A stretch of DNA of 64,000 nucleotides from Camelus ferus (taxonomy: Eukaryota), in NCBI RefSeq assembly GCF_009834535.1, contig NC_045696.1:62374001-62438000 (forward strand), in the 5' to 3' direction. Position numbers and translations under genes: made by a program. The notes beneath the pieces were generated by a model. It did no database searches, had not been told where the DNA came from, and saw only the letters and a program-made list of their open reading frames with translations. Below are positions 27,669-40,325 of the stretch, piece by piece (the stretch's first letter is position 1; every line of letters starts with the position of its first letter).

Positions 27669-30600
27669 TCAGGAAATAGGAGTGGAAAAAGTCATGAGGG
27701 ATGTCCAAATGTTCCACGTGTGGAGAGCAATGAAGTCCTGCAGCCCTTTGGACTTTGGCAGGGCTGGAGATAATTTCCTAAGAAACAAGCTAAAAGAAGA
27801 AAGCATTACTTTGTAATCCTCTCCAAGGCTCAAGGGAAAGGCTTTTGATAACAAAGGATTTAAAAGTGCTTCATACAATAAACCTTGAGTTTTGCGAGGA
27901 ACCTCCTTGAGCTTCTGTGACAGTCGGGGTGGCAAATCCAGGCCAGCCTTGGTGTCCAAGTCCAAGATGGAAGCTAGGTCACAGGCGCTCCTGCACTCCT
28001 GGTGCTGGAGGCGGGATCTCGGGCTGCCGTTCCTCTGTTAGAACCATGAGGTGGCCGCCCTTGAGCAGACTCTACTGACGACGCTTAATGTGTTTTCTAC
28101 CCAGTAATGCATCCTGGGAGGAAAGACTGTGGCATATTTTTTGTCTGAGAGCTTTAGACTGGGTGACCTTGGGTTAAACCTTTATATATGCATACATTTC
28201 TCCCCCTTTTGCTTTCCCCTTTATGATTTCTTTTGTTCACCTGATCCATGACAGGTAATTTTCTTTATGTCAGGTAAAAGCCATTAATAGCCAGTGTGAG
28301 TGAATTGTGACAAGGTCGCATCAGAGGCTGCTAATCAGGGCCTGATTGTGAGGCTGGGGAACCCCATTGCCTTTAGAGGTGACAACTGAGCCCTTGCATG
28401 CATCCATGTTTATAAAAACCTTTATAACAGAAACCTGGGAACGGTTTGGTGCTTAGTCTTCTGGGGCAGATGAATCACAGAAACTCTGAATATTCTGACC
28501 CATGAAAAGAATGTCAGATTCCAGGACAAGGCACTAACTTTTAAAGCAACATTTTAGCCTGGATTTCTCTTCCTGTTTATAACCTATCAGTCTGCCAGAA
28601 CCAGCTAACGGAGCTTAAAGCAAAACTGGAAAAGCTGATGAACGGGATTTTATTTACTAAAAACTTGCCCTGAGAGCAAAACAGTAAGGAGAACTTGAAA
28701 TTTCCACAGTTCATCCTTGTTTTGAAAGCAATGTCCTCGTTTGACAAGAAAGGGGCTTTAATCTGTTCCTCACCACACTGGCTCATCTCCCAGCTTTTTG
28801 TTTAAGTTCTTCCTCTCGTCTGTAGAATTCCAGATATGCAGAGCATTGTTCTTCTGGATCCAAAACCAGTAAGTTCACCTGGAGCCATCGTAAGTCTACT
28901 CGTTTCCTGGTGAGGGCTCTGTGTCTTGAGTCCACACTTCAGGCCCCAACCTTCAAAAGCTTTAAAAGCCGCCGATGCAGGAGGGAAGCTTTTGGAAAAA
29001 TGCAAGTATCGACTCTCCTGCTGGTTCTCAGCCCATTGCTTAGCACGCTGAGGGGACACAAAAGGATTAAAATCATGGCCTTTACAAGCTGGTGACAGAT
29101 GTGACTTATTCCAGGGTCACCTGACCAGGAAACTGACTCTAACTGGGGAGTATTTCCAAATCAGGTAATACCTGGTGTTCACAGCCTGTCTGAGCGGATT
29201 CACCCTGGGATCCTGGGCAGCATCAAAAAAATGCAGAGCCGTCACCTCCCTCATTTCCCCAGAATGGGCTAGTCTAGCAGGTTTTCTGTGTAGGAGAAAG
29301 TGCATCACACCACACACACCCACCCCAGTCTTTTGTCCGAAGCACGTCCTGCAGGTTCTCTCCAGGTCCACCCCGTTTCTCATCCCTCCCCTGAACGCCT
29401 ATCTTAATGGAGAGGCTTTTGACAGCACAGCCTGGGCTTACTCTCAATAAGTCATCCTTAGTAAACCATCTCTGTTAGAATGAAAGACTTGCTTTCCTTG
29501 TATTTCCCCCCTTTCAACATCAGATCAAAAGGAAAGAAAAAGATAAGGCTCACCATCCCCTGCTCTCCCAGTGAATCTCCTCTGACTGTCTCTTTCCTCC
29601 TGAACATGGGTCTCTCAGATGGCTAGCTTTCCATCTCTACTTCTTAAGAAATTTAACCTCTGTGGAGTATTTTTCAAGTGGACGAACACTTCTAACAAAA
29701 ACTCCTTTCTTATTGGATCCATATCCTTTCGACTTTCTAATATTTAAATATGCATTTGGATATAAAGGCCTTCCCATCCATCTTATCTGCAATAGGTCCT
29801 ACCCTCCTGTTCACCCTGGCCCACTTTTCTCTATTTACACAGTCCCACTCATTTTTTAAAATCTAGTTTTGTTTGTTTACTTGAACTTTTGGCATGTCCT
29901 CCCCTGTTGGACTGTAAGCTCCATGAGGGCAGAGACCATGTCTGCTCTGCCCATAGCAGACTGTCTGCCATACAGGAGACTCTCATTAAAACAATTGTTG
30001 AATGGGTAAAGAAAGCAGACTGTTCATAATGAGTGATATATCACTTAGCTAATTACATTTAAATAAATTTAACAAATCTAAATAAATTGCCTTAGCTAAT
30101 TAAAAGTGAAGTGTAGGATAAAGCAGAATGGAAGGTAAGCAACACCAGATACGTGAGAACTGGGTTTTTGGAGAGTGGAGCAGAGTGACAGGAGCTAATA
30201 GAGTGGGCGAGTCAAACAAAAGTGCTGTCATCACGGAACTAAATGCCCACAGCTACCCCAGGGTCAGGGAAGCCCCTGGGAGGGAGGACCCAGGGGAAGG
30301 GACAGAAGGATAGATGTGGGCCTGGTCACTGCTTTGTACCAAAGAAGTGGGCCAGCATATAAACCATCATCTGTGTGAGCTACAAAATGGCTGCTGCTTC
30401 ACCTCCACCCTCCAGATCTTACATGAGAATCCCTCTTGTGGCCCACCCCATCCAAAAACACACAGGAAAGGAAAATACGATGCAGCCCAGCCAAGTTAAC
30501 ACATTACAAAGCCACTCTAGTAGGTGCTAGTTATTGAATGAATGCTTGAATGAACGAGCAAGCTGGCGTGGCAGCCAGAAGTATCATCTGGTCCCAGCAG

Positions 30601-33600
30601 AGCGAGCGCTCCGTGAGGGAGGGAATTTTGGCCTGTTTGAGTCACTGCTGTAACACCAACACCTAGAATGGTGCCTGGCCCATGTGAGTGCTTACGAAAA
30701 TTTTGTGGAATGAATATTGAATGGTTCTGGCCCAAAGTCAAAAGGACTTGGATGGAGTCATTAGGAGACACAACTGAATGAAAATTTTTCTTTGGTTCAC
30801 GGTGTGGGAAATGTATGAGGAGCCATTTAATACATTTAGCATAAACGGGTACAAAGTGAAACAAGGGAAAAACCATACTTCCTTCTGTTACAACGTATCT
30901 CCAGAGAGCAAAATACAAAACAGCAGTAGTGACAGTGGAGCAAATACCATAAATAATAAGTCAATTATAGAGAAATGTGGCCACTGAGAACCAAGAATCC
31001 TGGTGAAGGGGAAAAGAAGGGAGAGGAAAAGTGAGTTGGAAGCATTTTATTCACAACCTTCCTCAAGGTCCAGGTGGGAAACCACAAAGTAGAGTCAATC
31101 CTCGAGGGGCTTTGACCTGCTGTGAAGCCTGGATACCCCCAGGCCAGAGACGTTCAGTTACAACCAGGCTGTAGGCGGAGATGGTTTAGAAGGCAGCCTC
31201 CTGGAACCTGGTCCTGCGAGGGCTCAGGGACTAGCTGCTCAAACCTTCCACTTCCCGGTCAGAAGGTCTCGTGCAATCTCGTGCAACTGCAGCATCTCTT
31301 TCAGCTTTTTGTCTCCCTGCCCCCATAGGATCTGGCTTTCGTTTCAAAAGATGAAGGTCTCCCTATAACTCTCCTACAACTCTACCTCTGTATACCAGAA
31401 ACACCAAATATGAACCTGGCTCTCTCCGGCTGATGGACTTACTGCTTCTGTATGCTTTTCTTTGTGCTTTGCTGTGTTTACCGCTTTTTTCCCCTTTATT
31501 TATTTATTTATTTTTTGCATTGAACATGATAATTCACACACACAAAACAGTTACAAAAGTACTTCTAAGTACTATAAGGGTGGCTGGGGCAATGTAAAAG
31601 AGAACTATTATTTGTTTGTTTTTAAAATAAATATTGCCAGCAGCATCTTTTATCTCAGCATGAGCAACTTAAACTGCAGATGCTGCTTCTAAGCTACAAT
31701 GTCATTAGTGAGTGAGACACCTGTGATGCATCAACATTATGCTGCTTGTACTCGGTACTGTTTCTTCTAGATGCAGCACCCAGGGGAAGTTTATTATCAG
31801 CCAAGTGTCGCTGGTTTTCAACTATGAATTAGACTTTTTTGATCTTTATACCTGATATAAACTAAGAGACTCTACACTTTATTTGTCTACGAAAATATAA
31901 TAAACAAAATAAAACAGAAGGAGATCATTTTCTTTTTTTTCCCCTGTTTTCTATTCTTTATTGAAGGACCCCATATCCTCATGGACCCCAGCCAAACCAA
32001 AAACCAGACAGGTCCCCCAAATATAGCAGGAGGCCTGGAAGGGGAGGGGAATGACTTATGATTCTGACACACCTCCCTGGAGACAGAAACCCACCACAGA
32101 CAGACAGACAGGGGCCAGGATGCGGGGAGACCACGCCTCCCTCTAGGTGCTGCCCCCCAGAAGGAGATAACTTTCCATTTATTACAGGTAGTATCTGCAG
32201 AATTTCATACCTAAATATTAAAGAAAAGATGTCAAGGAATGGTTATCAGTGGACATGAAAAATGCAGTTACCACTGTGTTATGGATCTAATAAGCAGTTT
32301 TAAGTTAAAAAAAAAATGAACAAACGAATAAAAACGTAAATTGAATATTTGGCTTTAAATGAAAACCAGGGCATATTTGAGGACCAATCTTTATGATTCA
32401 TCCCCATTTTCATAACTGGGTAAAATGCACTGACAATAGTAAGTATCAAGTTTCTTCACCCAAATCTCCAAACAAAGCATTAGAGGTGTCCTCAATAAAA
32501 TGGATATGGAAGATTAAGATCATTCTAGACTTTGGAGAGCTAAATTTTATGTTTCCTTCTGCCCTAATTCTTGGTAGAGGTGAGTCAACAAGAGGCAGGC
32601 TCCCTTCTGTCCCCACATCACAGCCCTGGTCTTCCTCTGCTTCTCCTCTTCTCTCAGGCCTCTTCCTTGTTTTATCTCCAAGTTCGATGGTTCAGCCAAG
32701 CAAGGCCCAGGGCCGACCTGAGGAGTGAAGGCTTGAAGGGCGGTCAAGCTCACTGCCATCTTCCATTATTTGTACCTGGGCAGGAGTGGATGTAATGAGC
32801 ATCAAGGGCAGCCTTGGGAAGGATGTGAAGGATGGAGACAGAGGGATGTCAGGAGAGGGATCCTGGCTCCCTGAGAAGCATGTGGAAGGGAAAGGAGCAG
32901 CCCTCCAGGGAGGGGAGAATTATGGGAAAACTGCGGATGCGTCTGTGTTCCAAGTTTGCTTTGCACTAGATGCAAGAACCTCTTTTTCCTCACAAAGAAA
33001 GCCTGTGCAAAATCAGCCAGGCACTTCGTTCTTCCCTCTCCAGTTCAGTTCAGGGCTCTCACTAACATCCCAAGGCTGGTTCTGACCTGACCACTACAGG
33101 TTTATCATAAAAAGTCTGCCTTTCTCCCCGAGTCCAGTGGCCTCAGCTCTCAGCCACACACATAACTGTGTATCTATATAAACCCTCCCAACTCAAACCA
33201 TTAGTCCTGCAATTTGGTAAAAGAACCAGCCATACCATTTGTATCCTGCAAATAAACTAACCCATGGAATCCTGGAATGTTCCCATTAGCAACCAGTTAT
33301 TTTTGCGCTAGAGAGACAGACCTTTATATTCACCAAGTGTCCACTGGATTGAGTGCTAAACAAGTTAATGCGGGTAAGACCATGAGAACAACACACAGAG
33401 GAAATTCTTCTGGTGTTAAAACAGTCTCTGTGAGGACAAAATGTACTTGGAGTTTGACTCCACCTCTTCTGTCTCGTGGTGGGTTACTACAGTTCATTGG
33501 GAAAATAGTTTGGAACTTGCAAAAGTCTTCAAATCCTGCTTTGGGGAGTCTGTGCGTCTTGGCTTTCTCACAACTCCTTTGTAACCATAAGGGAGGTTTA

Positions 33601-36600
33601 ATAATCACACTCTGGGTTGCACAACTATTATTATCCCCATCAGAGTAACACAGTGCAGAAAAATAATACTTGTGTTTGCATTTCCCGCTTCAGATAAACA
33701 ATTGCATTGAAAAAGGATAGCAGATGTGATTTCCCCGTGACTACAGTCCTTTCCTGGTGCTGAGGCTGCAGGGCCTGCAGTAAATGGTTTCAGCTGCACT
33801 CTCCACATGCCCTCCTTCCTCACCTCATAGCCTGGCTCTCTGGCTCTCCACCCTCATGGTGAGTGCATACGTGGAAAAAAAAAGGGAACCCAGTGAGCCT
33901 TGGTGCTTCTGAGGAGGCCCATGGGACCTGATGAGAGCGGACAGTTTGGGAGGTAGAGTGCAGCCAGTGGACTTAAAGAAGCAAGCAGAGTTATGTAGGA
34001 ATCCAAGGACCTTAATGGTGCCTAAGCTAACATGACCTTACCCTTAATTCTATTTCTGGCTCCCTGGACCTACCTGGGGTACTGTCTTCTTCCCATAGTA
34101 GGTATCAAATCACAGTCATAGAATGTTAATTGGCCAGGAAGGATGAACTTTGATCTGGGCAGAGAAAGTGCTTTGCCAAGGTCAGCCACAAATTGATGAC
34201 AAAGCTGGGCCTAGGAACCTGTCTTGATTCACAGATCTGTGTTCTTTCCAGAAGCCCTAACATGAAGAGGATTCTTTAACTGAGCTGTTACAGAGTTTCT
34301 CACAGATTCTTGGCTATAAATAATAATGGCTTGGCAAGATACCAAAACTGAAATAAGACAAAAATAGGATAAACCTTGGTTGGCTATAGCAGCATTGAGA
34401 GGAGACTACAAACTCCCTCACTGCTGTGTCTTAGGGATCTGAGTAAGGTCTAATAACACAGAGGACATATTCAGTCACACGAATCTTTCCTTCCCTCTGC
34501 TGTCCCACCCATGACCATTCACAGCATGACTCATCTCTAACATGTTTAGTGACAAGTCTTTATAAAATTCTAGACGCTCAGGAAAGGAAGAAGCCTTAAA
34601 AAGCATATAGAATAACCACACACCTGGGTACATAGAAGATCACATATGTTAGAAGCAGTTGCAGGTCTGAAGGCAGCTTCTTACGCCTGTACCCACAGAT
34701 CCCTGTGGGGCCTGAAGATGTGGTGGTTATCGGGTTAGTCCATCTAAATGGGTAGCAGTCAAGCTGTATATTTCAAGCCAGAACCTTCACTGTGGCATTT
34801 GCATTATTCTACCTGGCAGTCTGCACTGCAGGACCCCTATAGTAGAGCTGCAGAGTCCCCTCCACTTATCCAATTTTCCAATCTAAAGTCCTCTGGGTAT
34901 CCCTCTGCTCTGCAGAAAGTCCCAATGTAGCCGTTTACCCCTGGGCCATTTCCTTGGCCCATGCTGTCCCTGGACCAGAGATGTGCTTCCTCCCAACCCA
35001 ACCCGGATGCTGTGGGAGGCCTGGTACAGCGACCTGGGTTGGGCTGACCCCTCCACTCCATCTGCTTACAGAAACAGTGCTTCCTTTGTACCATTGTTTG
35101 GTTTTTTGTGTTTTTTGGGTTGCTGTTTTTTAAATTTTTCCTTCTCCCCAGTTTTATATCCAGTCCCTCAGGGCCTCAGTTGAAGCCATCCCTGCCCAAG
35201 CACAACCCACACAGAATTATTCCCTAAGCAGGCCATGGATATCTTTTCAAATGACCCTCCTGAAGTGGGAGGGTCCTGGGAAATCCAGTTACTTCCTCTT
35301 AAATGGAGGCACTCACCTATGGAAAATTCCACAGCCGTGGGCCCTGGCTAATGGAAGAAAAAGCGAAGGGTGTGAATTAGGTTGATGCCTAAATCTTTAG
35401 GCCATCTCTTGAGATTTTTTGAGTGAGTTAGGGTGAATCTCAAGGAAGTGAAATTCTCAACCTGGAATAGTTATTATGACAACATGAAGATCTTCTCCAG
35501 CCAAATTGTAGAGAAAAAAGGCAAAGTGTGTGTTTTCATCCTTTAGGGTTATGAAGTGGGACCCTCTTTCAGGCCCAGAAGACTTTCTTCAGGTGAGGCC
35601 CCTCTTTGACCCTTTTAATAAAATCACAGGTCTTCTGTTCATAATTGAAATTTCCTTATTTGAAGCAGACTTAATGATACAAATCTTTCTTTCACATATT
35701 TTTCTTTAAACAGTTGACTTTTCCTAAATTTTTGTTATTCTAACTACATCAAAATAGCCTAATCCAAAGAAACAGAATGTACCAGGAAAGCAAACATTGG
35801 ATCATTAAGGGCAAAATGTATATAAAGCATGTTTACTTGAGAGTGCATGACATCAAAGATTAAAGGATTCCTGACTGACAGGTCAACAGGGCTTTGTCCC
35901 AGGGTACCCAGAGTGGTACATGCAAGACTGAGCTAGGCACCTGAGATGCGAAGTGTCCCTAAGCTTTGTCCTTCTCTCGAGTGGAGGTGGCTGGGGGAGG
36001 AGGAGGATGAGATCATTTGCAGGCCCCTAGGTGGGCAGAACGGAGCGGCCCAGGGCCCCTCATGGCAGGATGCAGAGTTCCTGAGTCTTTAGGAGTTTGT
36101 CTGGTTAATGACCATGTTCAACTTCTGCTATAAAGGCCACTGCTCCTGGTGAGAGAGACTGAGAAACAAGCAACCAGAGAAACAACTCACAGGGGAAAGG
36201 AGCTAGAAGAGGAAACTCCACAAGGGCAAGGATTTGATCTTGTACAGCCCATCTTCCTGGTGCCTTGCAAAATGACTGGTCCTTATGAAGTGCTCAGTAA
36301 ACATTTGTTAAATTGATGAGTGTTTGATCTATGAGACCAGGTCAAAGATTTAGGCCTAGGGGTGGGGGTCGGGGGGACAGAGGAAATCTAAGGGGATTAG
36401 TCAGAAACCTCAAGGGAATCTTGGTAAATCTCACAATCATTGACTCAACAGAGAATCCATGTAAACCAAGACCTAGTTCCCACTAAGGTTGTGACGTATG
36501 GTATGAGCTTAGCAACACTTGAAACTTCACATGTCAAATTAGATGGTGGCCTGAGCTAAGGCATTGTCACTGGGGAAAGAGAGAAGGGATGGAATAGAAA

Positions 36601-36984
36601 TTTAGGAGGCTGGATGGAGAGAATTTGGGACTGAAAGTATGTAGCTGTCAAAGAAAAGTAACTCAAAGGTGAATGTAATATAAAGACAATATCTGCTTCA
36701 CAGGATCGCTGTAAGGACACAGAGTCCCTGAAATAGTATTGAGTGTCATTGGGTAGGTTCTTATAAACAGCTTTCTTCCTCCTCCTCGTCCCTCTCTATT
36801 TGTATTAAAGGCAGGACTATCCCACCTGGAAACCTTGGAGTGCCCACCCCAAGAAGGCTCTGCCAATGGTGTCTTTATCTGAATTTAACTATTGAAGGCC
36901 ATGAACACACCCCTGGCTCTACTGGTCTCCACCGAACAGATAAAAATAAAAGTGTCTTCTCTCCAGAGCTGCATGAGGAAAACC
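27669..36984 (-). pseudogene. Putative decayed STRA6-family (RBP4-receptor-like) multi-pass membrane protein gene
   Basis: Collinear minus-strand fragments resembling human STRA6 from N- to C-terminus at 36984-36885, 35830-35783, 34388-34277, 33427-33196, 32034-31852, 30999-30769 and 27896-27849. Pyrimidine-rich AG acceptors precede 33427, 32034 and 30999. There are multiple in-frame stops and frameshifts. Alignment was manual, from recalled sequence. Confidence 0.55.
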
Positions 36985-39744
36985 CTGAAAGCCATTCTCT
37001 CACAGTCAGAATGTTTTCTTTGTTCCTCTGAGACAGAACCAACATCTCTGTGAGGGACAAAGAGGCAGTTTGACTGATAAGCCGAGCAGACACTATGGGC
37101 TGAGTGATGGCTGCACAGGAGCAGCTGGGCTCAGCCCCTGAGGCTGCTTTCAATTTTTGGTCTGGTATATACATCATAACAGCATGCGGGAGACCTTTTT
37201 AAAAACTGAACACGTGTATTTCCAAATGTCAGGTTCACATTCAGCCTTAGACCTCCCCAAACACACTCAGACTGAGCTCTCCTGGGGTGTCTACAGGGCC
37301 TGGGGGAACTGGGAAGGCCCATGCATACAGCTCGCAATGTCTCAGGTTCTTTCCCCCCAGATATTGTCATGCCCTCATTTATTAAGGAAAAGTCACTAAC
37401 GCAAAATGTTTGGAAAATGAAAGTACAATTACCGTAATAGTTCACTCTACCAGTAATTCTGAAACAGTAGCTCTTAGACCTCATGCAAAACATGCAAGAC
37501 CAAGGGATGTATTGATCTATTCTTGAGTCTGTAACCGATCTACTATACAGCTCCCACCCAAATTCAGAAACCAGTGAAATCTGTGGTTCTCAGTCACCTC
37601 CTCTCCCCTACACCTACTCCTATGCACACCCACTTGCCCCTTCTAGGATGTCACCCCTGGAAAACCACTAACATTCTTAATTGTATGTGCTATGGTTCTC
37701 AAATTCAGTAATACTCTCCTCATTGCTGTAATGAGAACCTACTTACAAATACTAATTTCAGAAAACCTAAAAGGAAGCTTCCAGGCCAAACACAAATCTT
37801 CAGACACAGTTCAACAACACCATTTTGACAAAGTAAATAATAAATCAATAAATCAAACTTGGCCATTTTCCTAGAGACTTAGATGAAGATGTAGAAATCC
37901 TGTTCTTCCAACTAAGGCATGTCCCAGTCTGAGAGGGACTACCTTAGACCAAGAGATTGGCCAGCAGCCCCATTCATGAGAAGACAAATTAAGAAGTAGG
38001 TGTGAATCCCAGTTCAGCCACTCGATACACCATGTTAGGCAGAATACTTAACCTCTGTGAGCCTGTTCTCCACTCCATGAAATGGCTATAATCATATCCA
38101 GCTTTCATCGGTACTCTGGGCTTACAGGAGCTATATGTAGAGTACCCAGCATAACAAGTGGCTCGTATCTGAGAGCTAGTTCATCAGTCAGTGATAATTC
38201 TTTTAAACAGGATTTATTGTAGCATCACTTTATTATCAGAAGCTGTACCCAGATGATGATAGCACGTAAGAGCCTAGAGCCTGGGTCTCTCCTGCTGCCA
38301 CCCGACCCCAGCCCGTAGGCGATGCCCCATTACCTACTGTTTACTGACCTCCCTGACCAGCACTGGGAAACTGCTCTTCACTCCTCCACACTCAACTGGA
38401 TTTTGTTAAAAGAAATTTATTTCCCACAGGGTATGTTAATCGAAATGATATCAAATCAAGCAAGGACCCCAGACATCCTTCCCTTTCTGTGCCATGGACT
38501 CATTGGCAGTTTGACAAAAACGTCCGTAAATGCATACATAAAAGTCAGGACCACAAAAGAATTCAATTTTATTGAAATACAATTCTAACTTCCCATTCAG
38601 ATCTATGGATTTCATAATGCAAATACCCGATAGTCAAACCCCTAATTAAAGGCTTAGAAAACTCTCTAAAGTCATTCAACTAAGAAATGAAAGAGCCACG
38701 GCAAGGACCCCATTTCCCTATTCCTGGATCTGAGCTCTGTCCACCCATCTATTTATTATCGCAGAAAATTAAGAAAAACAAAACAGGAATCTTACTGCTT
38801 CTACATTGAAAAATCCTGAATTTTGACCACATTAGAAGGTACGGAGGTGGCCCTGCTGGCCCGTATATATTCATGAGAACTGGCCTCAGTTTGTGCTGGA
38901 TTGCAAAATAGACAAAGATTGTTTCCCAGCAAACACCTGGAAAAGCTTCAGGCCACAATAACTTGACTGAGGATTCATCTAGTTCACTGGAAACTGGTAG
39001 CAGATGTCCCAGCTCCTGGAATTTGTTGGATGACAGTGTTGGATTATGGACTGAATGGATGGATTCCATTCCTCTGCTTCGTCAAGGAGTCGAGAACACT
39101 TTTTGCTGAGGCTAGTACAGAAAACCCAGCCCTCCTGCTTCCCTCAACATTTCTCAGGAATTAATAAGCAGTTGGTATCATATTTCTCTGCTGAGAAGTT
39201 TGGAAAGGATTAGACCCCTGGCCAATCTCCTAGTGAACCCTTTCACCCCTTTCTGTTGCTGGGGCAAGAGAATATAACAAATAAAAGTGCGGGTTTGGAA
39301 TCACACATTAGGGCTTAAATTCTCACTTCATCACTTTAGAAAAGTTGCATGATCACCTCTTCTCACCTCTGTTTTTTCATTTCTTTAATGGGAATAGTAC
39401 CAATGCCTGCCTTGCCAGGTATGTAAAAATCAGAGCTAATGGAAATGTACAGATGTCTAATATAGATGGAAAGCATCTATACAGGACCTGGTGTTGCTGT
39501 GTTCAGTAGTCAGGAGCTGTTATTACAATTAATTCTAGGCTGAACCCTGCACCTTCCCCACTATGTCCCTTAAGGAATGAAGTAGAAGCAGATGCTAAGG
39601 CAGGTGTCACTAGTGGACTGACTGTGTTCAGAGAAGCTCTTCACCATAATCAGAGCAGATCTGTTTAGTTTCTCCAACAAATTTCAGCGAGATAATTGAC
39701 TTGACGACAGTCACACAAAGAGCAAACCTCTGTATACTCTAACC

Positions 39745-40325
39745 ACCAAAACTACACATCTCTCTGCATCTGATTGCCTACTCTCTGCCTTCTCCCCTGT
39801 TCCTGTGGACTCCAAACCCTTGATCCTCTCAGAAGCCAGTATCCTCAAAGCAGAATATAACATGGCTTCTGCCTACCTCTTCAAATTCATTTTGAATCAC
39901 TTTCCTCCCCACTGTCCTCACTCCAGCCACACTGATCTTTCTGTCCCTTGAAAACATGAAATCTGTTCCTGCCCCAGGACCTTTGCACTGGCTGTTCTTC
40001 CTAGAATGCCATTCCCCATGATCCTTGAATGACTTTTTCCTTTTTATCATTCACATCTCAACTGAAATGTCAGTACTCCAAGAGGCCTTTCCTGACCACA
40101 AGACTAAAGTAGCCTACCCAGTCACTCCCGGTCACATCACCCTATTCTCTTGTATATGTTTTGCTGTCTGTGTGTCTGACTTTTTTCTGGATGGTACATC
40201 CCACAAGAGCAAGGACCTTCTCTTTCTTCTTCACCAGTACATCTGCAGGACCTAGAACAGTGTCTGAACATGGCAGTACTTGATGTATGCAGTCAAAAGA
40301 GTGAATGAATGGATAAATGAATTAG
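39745..40325 (+). mobile_element. L2 fragment
   Basis: CTCCAGCCACACTG...CCCAGGACCTTTGCACTGGCTGTT...AGAGGCCTTTCCTGACCAC...TGAATGAATG tail. Confidence 0.85.

Noticed and set aside
28577..28672. Minus-strand acceptor (TTTTGCTCTCAG) followed by GKFLVNKIPF.. or *NPVHQLFQFCF
   Set aside because: It could belong to the relic, but no frame gives a convincing match.
38796..38936. Stop-free 141-nt minus-strand exon candidate (TTTTCCAG|...|GTAAGA; GVCWETIFVYFAIQ...)
   Set aside because: Only weak similarity to STRA6, and out of collinear order with the other fragments. It cannot be assigned.
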